A stretch of 59,312 bases of DNA from assembly GCA_001778235.1 (NCBI GenBank), contig MFGJ01000008.1:1-59312 (forward strand), given 5' to 3'. A program made the translations under genes and the position numbers. This document shows, piece after piece, positions 53,337 through 59,312 of this stretch. Every line of letters starts with the position of its first letter. The stretch's first letter is position 1. The stretch comes from Candidatus Falkowbacteria bacterium RIFOXYC2_FULL_36_12. Lineage in GTDB: Bacteria > Patescibacteriota > Patescibacteriia > UBA11705. The notes beneath the pieces were generated by a model. That model saw nothing but the letters and a program-made list of their open reading frames with translations, was not told the DNA's origin and did not search any database.

Positions 53337-53924
53337 CTAATGAATCCCGATTTCACGAGAATATTCAAAGACTAAATTCTCTTCTCTGATTCGTCCCTGA
53401 TTTCTTAGTTTTTCAATCACCAAATCAATAATTCTCCATTTCATTCTTTTTTCTTCTTGTTCCAAAAAGTCTCTATTCATTGAACCTTGAAAAACCAACA
53501 ATCTACAACCTTTAACCCAATCAATTTCTGCTTTAAATTCAGCAAATGAATTACAGCTATCAACAAAAAAAGCCACGAAAGCTTGAACATATTGATCAAA
53601 GGTTTTGCAATTTAATCTCTTTTGTTTTCCTGTAAAAATTTTCAACTGCTCCGGAGTTGTATCACAAAGAGCTGTCCGCAAGACAAATGATTTCGGAGGT
53701 TGTCCGTTGTCCGCTCCAACATTTCTGAAAAGAACACACTTACCACAGTCACTGTCACAAGATTCAACAAAGTCCGCACCATAAATCAATCTCGCTCCTT
53801 CAAAACCACCAGTATTCCAATCATCAAGCACAACAAAATCCAATTGGACATGTTTTATTAGCCTTTTTAGAAAATCATAAGCTTCATCAACAAAAGGTTC
53901 GACTGATTTTGGGAATTGTATCAT
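53337..53924 (-). CDS. Hypothetical 195-aa Cys-containing protein
   Basis: GGGAGGG sits 6 nt upstream of the ATG at 53924; the track ORF starts 2 codons earlier at a TTG abutting the RBS. CDSDCGKC motif. Confidence 0.55.
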   Translation of the reverse strand: MIQFPKSVEPFVDEAYDFLKRLIKHVQLDFVVLDDWNTGGFEGARLIYGADFVESCDSDCGKCVLFRNVGADNGQPPKSFVLRTALCDTTPEQLKIFTGKQKRLNCKTFDQYVQAFVAFFVDSCNSFAEFKAEIDWVKGCRLLVFQGSMNRDFLEQEEKRMKWRIIDLVIEKLRNQGRIREENLVFEYSREIGIH

Positions 53925-54089
53925 TGTCAACCCTCCCTTTGGTTTTCTTCTCCTCCATTAAAGATGATACTTTCCTGTTAACCATCATATCTTGCATCAG
54001 ATTTCCTGTCAAAATTTTCAAATCAACAAAATTATTGTATAATGTTTATAAGCTTCTATTAACAATATATTTTATGTCAGTTTTTATTT

Positions 54090-55556
54090 ATGAAAAAAAA
54101 TAAATTCAATCGAGGTCGTTTTCATTACTTCAGCCTATTTTTTTTCATTGGCGGATTTATTGCAGTCTTGCTACCGGCACTTTTATTATTTGAAAAATTA
54201 TTAGAAAAAGAAAATAGGAGTTCCCTGTGGCGTAGTGCCGCTGTTTTTATTATCAAAGCTTCATTCAATTTACAATTAATCAAAATCAATCCAAAATATC
54301 TAGAAAACACTCATAAATCAGAATCTGTTATTTATGCCCCAAACCACCCAAGCGAACTTGATGGTTTCATTCTATTAACAATTTTGGGTTCAAAAGCAGT
54401 TTTATTTGTTGCTCCATTTGATCAGTTTCCTACAATCTTGAGATTTTGGTTAAGGAAAATGGACGCTGTTTCAGTCATGCGTGATTCAGTTGACAAAGCA
54501 AGGTACAACGATGCTCTTGATCCCGAGCAAGCCATTAACAAAGCTATCAACTTGATAAAGAAAGGCAATTCATTAATTATTTTTCCCGAAGGACACATAG
54601 AGATGCTCCATGTTCTACATTATTTTCACACTGGTGCTGCTCGAATCAGTCTTGGTAGTCACACACCAATAATCCCTGTCGCCATTTCCAACGCTGACAA
54701 AGTAATCCCCAAACACCACCATTTATATCCTGGCACAGTTACAGTTTCCTTCGGACTACCACTTCAGATACCAAAAACAAACAAGCAATCAAACAATTTA
54801 CCCAAAAAACAAGTAAAATCAATCAATCATCTTCTAGAGAATAAAATAATTGAAATGTTGCCGAATCGCTACATGCCACCTTATTATTTTGAAAAAAAAC
54901 AACAAGCAATTGGCGCCTTTGTTGACATAGACAACACTATTTATAATGGATACTCCCAACAACAACTTGTTAAAGAATTATTCAAAATGCACAAAGTTCA
55001 TGCCAATGATGCATTTAAAATTTTTTATTGGCTTTTCCTGGAAAAAGTTGGACAAATGCCCCACAAAAAACTTATGGAAAAATCATTGTGGGTTTTACAT
55101 GGCTGGGATGTCGCCGAACTCGACCACACAGTTGAAAAAACTTTCAATAAAAACTTAATCAAAAATATTCAATATGGTTTACTACCAACTCTAATAGACC
55201 ATACAAAAACAGGTCATACCGTTGTTTTCGTGTCAGAAGTCATACATCCACTAGCTAACCAATTCAAAACTTTGATTCATGCAAGGGCAACTCTTGATAC
55301 AAAAATCACTACCAAAGCCAACATTTACACCGGTAAAGTCGAGAAACTCTGCTACAAAGAAGAAAAAGCCAACTTAATCCAAAAATTTGCTGACAAACAC
55401 CATATTGATTTATCCCGAAGCTATGCTTACGCTGACAGCTCTTCTGATATTCCTTTTCTCAAATTGATCAAACATGTTACAGCCGTCAACCCAGACGAGA
55501 TGCTCACCCGAACAGCCAGAAGAAATTTATGGACAATCATGGAAGACGCATCATAA
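54090..55556 (+). CDS. Fusion protein: PlsC-type lysophospholipid acyltransferase + HAD-IB phosphatase domain
   Basis: N-terminal TM. Acyltransferase motifs NHPSELDGF (H-x4-D) and IFPEGH. C-terminal HAD motifs FVDIDNTIY (DxDxT) and YADSSSDIPFL. Confidence 0.75.
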   Translation: MKKNKFNRGRFHYFSLFFFIGGFIAVLLPALLLFEKLLEKENRSSLWRSAAVFIIKASFNLQLIKINPKYLENTHKSESVIYAPNHPSELDGFILLTILGSKAVLFVAPFDQFPTILRFWLRKMDAVSVMRDSVDKARYNDALDPEQAINKAINLIKKGNSLIIFPEGHIEMLHVLHYFHTGAARISLGSHTPIIPVAISNADKVIPKHHHLYPGTVTVSFGLPLQIPKTNKQSNNLPKKQVKSINHLLENKIIEMLPNRYMPPYYFEKKQQAIGAFVDIDNTIYNGYSQQQLVKELFKMHKVHANDAFKIFYWLFLEKVGQMPHKKLMEKSLWVLHGWDVAELDHTVEKTFNKNLIKNIQYGLLPTLIDHTKTGHTVVFVSEVIHPLANQFKTLIHARATLDTKITTKANIYTGKVEKLCYKEEKANLIQKFADKHHIDLSRSYAYADSSSDIPFLKLIKHVTAVNPDEMLTRTARRNLWTIMEDAS

Positions 55557-55565
55557 ATATTTTAG

Positions 55566-55630
55566 AAAAAAAAGTCCGCATCCTTGTCTTTTAATATAAT
55601 TATTTGAGGACAAGGATGCGGACTTTTTAT
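55566..55630. terminator. Bidirectional terminator with an unusually long perfect stem
   Basis: agtccgcatccttgtc (55573-55588) pairs with gacaaggatgcggact (55609-55624): 16 bp with a 20-nt loop. A-run before, T-run after. Confidence 0.7.
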
Positions 55631-57262
55631 TTAATCGATTTCTTGATAAATATCTTTTATTCTATGAACATCAATTTCTCCAATTCCTTTTGGTGAAATT
55701 TTTATTACTTCATCAAATTTGAATTTATCTTTTACCAAAGTATAAGTATCACTACAAATTAACACCTCTCCACTTTCAGCGTGTCCTTGAAGTCTGCTAG
55801 CAAGATTTACCACATGGCCTAAACAATCAAAACGCCGAGAATCTTCTGTTCCAAATTCTCCTGTAATAAATTTTCCAGTTGCTACACCGATTCGTTTTCC
55901 CCAAGGATATTTATGCATCACCCTTTGCATTCGTATTGCAGCCTTGATTGCTTGTTCAGGATAATCTTCATTGCCATGTAATCCAAACATAGCCAAAATT
56001 CCATCTCCCAAAAATTTATTCACCCAACCACCATGATCCCCAATAATTTGACTCATCTCTGTAAAATATTTAGTCAATAAATTAGAAACTTCTTCTGGAT
56101 CTTTGTCACGACTAAAATTAGTAAAACCTGCCAAATCAGTAAAAACTATTGTCCCTTTGGTTTTTTCCGCTTTTAATTTCCCGACAATCATTCTTTTTAC
56201 AATGTGTTCTGGCAACATTGCATACAAAAGATTTTCAGCTTTACCTCGCCAAAATTCTGCTTCCTTCTTCGCTTGATTCAGCTGTTCTGTTCTTTCAATC
56301 ACTTTATCTTCTAGCGTTTCAACATAATTTTTGATCGTTGCCAACTGGCTTTCAAAACCTTCTCTAAATGATTTTTTACTAAAATATGATTGGATGAACA
56401 AACGATATAACTTTGACCAAAAACTGATTGACTGCCACTTTACTTTATAAATAAAATACGGTGCATTGAAAATCTGACCTTTCTTCAAAGTTAAAAATTT
56501 ATTTATCGTGTAATCACGACTTATGAGCAGACCAATTTGTTCATTTTTCAAATCATCTTCAGATTGAATTGATCGATATTTACCAAAAAACATTTTTCCC
56601 GCTCTAACATTTTCAGAAATCAGTACTACGGGTCGACCACACTCCTCACCTTTGATAAATAATTTTTTATTTCTTATTACCACTTCTTTTGGATCAATTT
56701 TTCCAATTTCAAACAATAATTTTTTCAAATTATACTCAAGTAATGGTTCCTCAAATTCTGGATGAGGTAAATTCCAAATATGTGGAACACTTGATAATAT
56801 TCCTTGGATAAAATAATCACTATAAAAATCGTCAACCGGATTTACACCCTCTGCAAATTTTACTTTTATGGCGCACGAATTTTTTTCTTCTTTAGCCACT
56901 ACCATTGTCTTTGTTTTATTAAAAAACTGATTATAGCGTCCAACTTGTTTATAGACTTCAATCGGTCCGAGGATAACACTAGCAAATACATTAACAATGT
57001 ATTTAAAAGCTCCCCAGGATTCAAGCTCTCGAGCAGAAAATCCCATTTTATATGGCGCCTTTGGATCCTTTACCATATCGATCGCCTTCTCCATTACCTC
57101 ATTGTATTCAGCCAAGGTTATCCAATTATTTTCATCTTTATAAAATACTTCTTTATATTTTAATCCTTGAAATAAAAGACTATCGCTACCCAACATTTTC
57201 TGTACATAGCGAGCTATTATGGTAATATTTCGACAACAAACATTTTTTACTTCAGATGTCAT
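55631..57262 (-). CDS. Soluble class III adenylate/guanylate cyclase with an N-terminal ~330-aa sensor-like region
   Basis: C-terminal catalytic domain: GTIVFTDLAGFTNFS, KFLGDGILAMFG, RIGVATG, VVNLASRLQ. No TM segment. Confidence 0.8.
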   Translation of the reverse strand: MTSEVKNVCCRNITIIARYVQKMLGSDSLLFQGLKYKEVFYKDENNWITLAEYNEVMEKAIDMVKDPKAPYKMGFSARELESWGAFKYIVNVFASVILGPIEVYKQVGRYNQFFNKTKTMVVAKEEKNSCAIKVKFAEGVNPVDDFYSDYFIQGILSSVPHIWNLPHPEFEEPLLEYNLKKLLFEIGKIDPKEVVIRNKKLFIKGEECGRPVVLISENVRAGKMFFGKYRSIQSEDDLKNEQIGLLISRDYTINKFLTLKKGQIFNAPYFIYKVKWQSISFWSKLYRLFIQSYFSKKSFREGFESQLATIKNYVETLEDKVIERTEQLNQAKKEAEFWRGKAENLLYAMLPEHIVKRMIVGKLKAEKTKGTIVFTDLAGFTNFSRDKDPEEVSNLLTKYFTEMSQIIGDHGGWVNKFLGDGILAMFGLHGNEDYPEQAIKAAIRMQRVMHKYPWGKRIGVATGKFITGEFGTEDSRRFDCLGHVVNLASRLQGHAESGEVLICSDTYTLVKDKFKFDEVIKISPKGIGEIDVHRIKDIYQEID

Positions 57263-57313
57263 ATATTAGAAATCGTACTTAATATAACTTTTTCAGTCAA
57301 AGTTTTACCTAAA

Positions 57314-57342
57314 ATTATATAATATTTTATCATTTTTGTCAA
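57314..57342 (-). promoter_or_regulatory. Consensus sigma70 promoter of the cyclase gene
   Basis: Minus strand reads TTGACA (57342-57337), a 17-nt spacer, then TATAAT (57319-57314). Confidence 0.6.
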
Positions 57343-57414
57343 TAGGGTGAATTTTCTCTATTTTCTTTATTTATGATAAACTAATCTCATACCTTCACGG
57401 GAAAGGAGACAACC

Positions 57415-57723
57415 ATGTACCTTGTTTACAAAATTAGCGGACCACACAAAAATGATATCAGTCTTATTGATCTTTCAACACTACCTATTTTCCTGGGTTT
57501 TCAAGTTATTACTGGTGATCATCAAATAATTCTAATTGATCCAGATCTACCCCAAACACCCATTGTTATCAGACTAAACAAACCATTCACAATCCAACTC
57601 GGAAAAAATAAATTCACCGGTCAACTATTTAATGATTACAAACGAGCAAACAATGTTTTGCGCTTTATCAAACTGATTAATAATTTTGTATTTTGGCGTC
57701 AGTTACAAACTTCTGCATCCTAA
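57415..57723 (+). CDS. Hypothetical 102-aa protein
   Basis: AAAGGAG RBS 7 nt upstream of the ATG. No family recognised. Confidence 0.5.
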   Translation: MYLVYKISGPHKNDISLIDLSTLPIFLGFQVITGDHQIILIDPDLPQTPIVIRLNKPFTIQLGKNKFTGQLFNDYKRANNVLRFIKLINNFVFWRQLQTSAS

Positions 57724-57773
57724 TAATGCAGTTTTTTATTAAAAAATCACAGTTATATTAAACCATGACCTTT

Positions 57774-58211
57774 TTAAATGTAGACATCAAAATAATCAAC
57801 TTGCCTCATAATTTCTCCGACTGTCTCTATTGGCAAATCTTGATCATTATAAACTTCTAAATATTTCAAATTATAATCCGACTCCTCTAAAACGAAAAAT
57901 ATTTGATTAATCACATTAAGCAAGTTTTGCCCTGGAAACCATTTCCAAAAACATCTTCCCTCTGATTCAGCGATTCTTAGAAGCCTACAAATTTCCAACA
58001 TCAATCTTTGTTCTTCTTCATTGAAATAATCAAACGCTACAATCTGCTCATTCAAACCACTTTCAATCAAGGAAAAAACATCTTCTCTCATTTGGTTTAA
58101 ACAAAAATATGCGTTGGACAAATCTCTGCCTTGAAGCAAAGCATGTTGAATACTTTTTATGGTAAGGAACAAATCATATCTTGGTCTTTTTAGAACGGTT
58201 GTCTTCACCAT
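57774..58211 (-). CDS. Hypothetical 145-aa protein
   Basis: GGGAGGAG RBS upstream of the ATG. Helical, acidic; no family recognised. Confidence 0.5.
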   Translation of the reverse strand: MVKTTVLKRPRYDLFLTIKSIQHALLQGRDLSNAYFCLNQMREDVFSLIESGLNEQIVAFDYFNEEEQRLMLEICRLLRIAESEGRCFWKWFPGQNLLNVINQIFFVLEESDYNLKYLEVYNDQDLPIETVGEIMRQVDYFDVYI

Positions 58212-58342
58212 TACCTCTCCTCCCTTGAGTTGAAAAACAGCAAAATTAATTATAAATTAATTTCAAATCTTAGTCAAGACAAATATTTAGACTAAACAAA
58301 AAAACACCACTCATACAAGTGATGTTTTTCTTTCGGAAAAAT

Positions 58343-59312
58343 TTAATTTGTAGTAACACTAGCAACAATCTTGTTAACGATCTCCAGATATTGATTTACA
58401 GTATGTGAAGTACCATAGGATGTTGCCTGGATCTCAATATATCCACTGCCAACCGTTCTTCGTGCTAAAAATCTAAGCGTTGGGTTTACAGTCGAAGACG
58501 AATATGCTCCACTGAAAACATTACTTGAATATTGTGAAACATACGGTTGCATTAAAATACTCTGCAACATAGCATATGAATAATTTTCACCAGCCATATT
58601 TTCGTATGAGGCTGCTATACTATCAGGGACATAACCGACTGAAACAGCTATGCCATCATCAATGTATTGAGTCCCGGCATAAATCTTCTTGCATTGAGTC
58701 AAAGTCACATTCTCACCATAATCTGTAGCATAATTTACTGACCAATCAGGCGGACATTCAAACTGATAATTTATACCCGAAGCAGTTCGGCTAAAACTTT
58801 GCCAGTTTGCTTCAACTGGTATTGAACTATTAGCAATCGGTATTTGAGCCAAGTTAGCATTTGTAATACCCAGACCCAGACTTCTCATGATTTCAAAAGC
58901 ATCTGCTGGTCGCCCCAAATAATGTCGATTATAAGCAATTGTATCAACATACCAAGCTTCACCATGTGCTTCTACTTGAAGAAAAATTTTACCCGCATGT
59001 TGCCGAGCAAAGGCTTCATTAGTCAACCTGACTCTTCTTGGGTCAGTAGGACTATAACCGAAAAATATTTCCTCATAATCATTGTAACCATCACCATCAG
59101 TATCTGCTAATAAATCAGAAGTACCAAATGCAGCTTCAACTTCCAATTTCAAACCATCTCCATCATGATCAATTCCTCCAGCCATATTACTGGCGGCAAC
59201 CGGTATTTTTTGTAAATCCCTATTTGTTATTCCATAACCCAGATTACGCATAAGATCAAAAGCATCAGCTGGTCGTCCAAGATAATATCGGTGAAAATCA
59301 CCAGGATAAACA
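58343..59312 (-). CDS. Secreted-type protein with GEAWYV...RPADAF repeat modules and DxDGDG calcium-binding-like motifs; 5' end lies outside the window
   Basis: The frame stays open to nt 59312 (VYPGDFHRYYLGRPADAFDLMRNLGYGITNRDLQKIP). A second module is GKIFLQVEAHGEAWYVDT...RPADAFEIMRSLGLGITNANLAQIP. Also DHDGDGL and DTDGDGYNDYEE. Confidence 0.7.
   Translation of the reverse strand, partial: VYPGDFHRYYLGRPADAFDLMRNLGYGITNRDLQKIPVAASNMAGGIDHDGDGLKLEVEAAFGTSDLLADTDGDGYNDYEEIFFGYSPTDPRRVRLTNEAFARQHAGKIFLQVEAHGEAWYVDTIAYNRHYLGRPADAFEIMRSLGLGITNANLAQIPIANSSIPVEANWQSFSRTASGINYQFECPPDWSVNYATDYGENVTLTQCKKIYAGTQYIDDGIAVSVGYVPDSIAASYENMAGENYSYAMLQSILMQPYVSQYSSNVFSGAYSSSTVNPTLRFLARRTVGSGYIEIQATSYGTSHTVNQYLEIVNKIVASVTTN

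Noticed and set aside
1-59312. Alternative genetic code (UGA recoding, as in some CPR lineages)
   Set aside because: Long uninterrupted ORFs with recognisable full-length housekeeping proteins are obtained in the standard code, so recoding need not be invoked.

Overview
AT-rich, very compact bacterial chromosome segment read in the standard genetic code. It holds about 60 protein genes (roughly nine in ten on the minus strand, many gaps of 1-15 nt), one tRNA-Gln, AGGAGG-type ribosome-binding sites and several near-consensus TTGACA-17-TATAAT promoters. The gene content suggests a Patescibacteria/CPR-like ultrasmall bacterium; this is inference, not a database result. From left to right: (i) murG, comFC and a relaxase-less VirB3/VirB4/VirB6-type gene block (1.3-11.3 kb). 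(ii) A 450-bp array of nested palindromic repeats, then envelope genes: a lipoprotein, an LTD-LTD-OB-OB anchored protein, a RAYT-like Y1 transposase homolog, a 1208-aa surface protein, and an ECF sigma with a putative anti-sigma partner (11.4-23.7 kb). (iii) Mixed housekeeping, transport and signalling genes, plus a type IV pilin whose promoter abuts a 16-copy heptanucleotide microsatellite (24-34 kb). (iv) A long minus-strand line: rpsB-tsf-ricT | pheS-X-pheT - small membrane protein - VirD4-like coupling ATPase - unknown - dnaX (34.5-47.2 kb). (v) A Kef-type antiporter, orphan small and Cys-rich proteins, a secreted serine protease, a PlsC-HAD fusion and a soluble class III nucleotide cyclase (47.7-59.3 kb). 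The best candidates for something new are the chromosomal T4SS-like block wired to comFC with its coupling ATPase 26 kb away, the palindromic repeat family next to a RAYT-like gene with a degenerate HUH motif, and the heptamer tract flush against the pilin promoter. All family assignments come from motifs read by eye; no searches were run.
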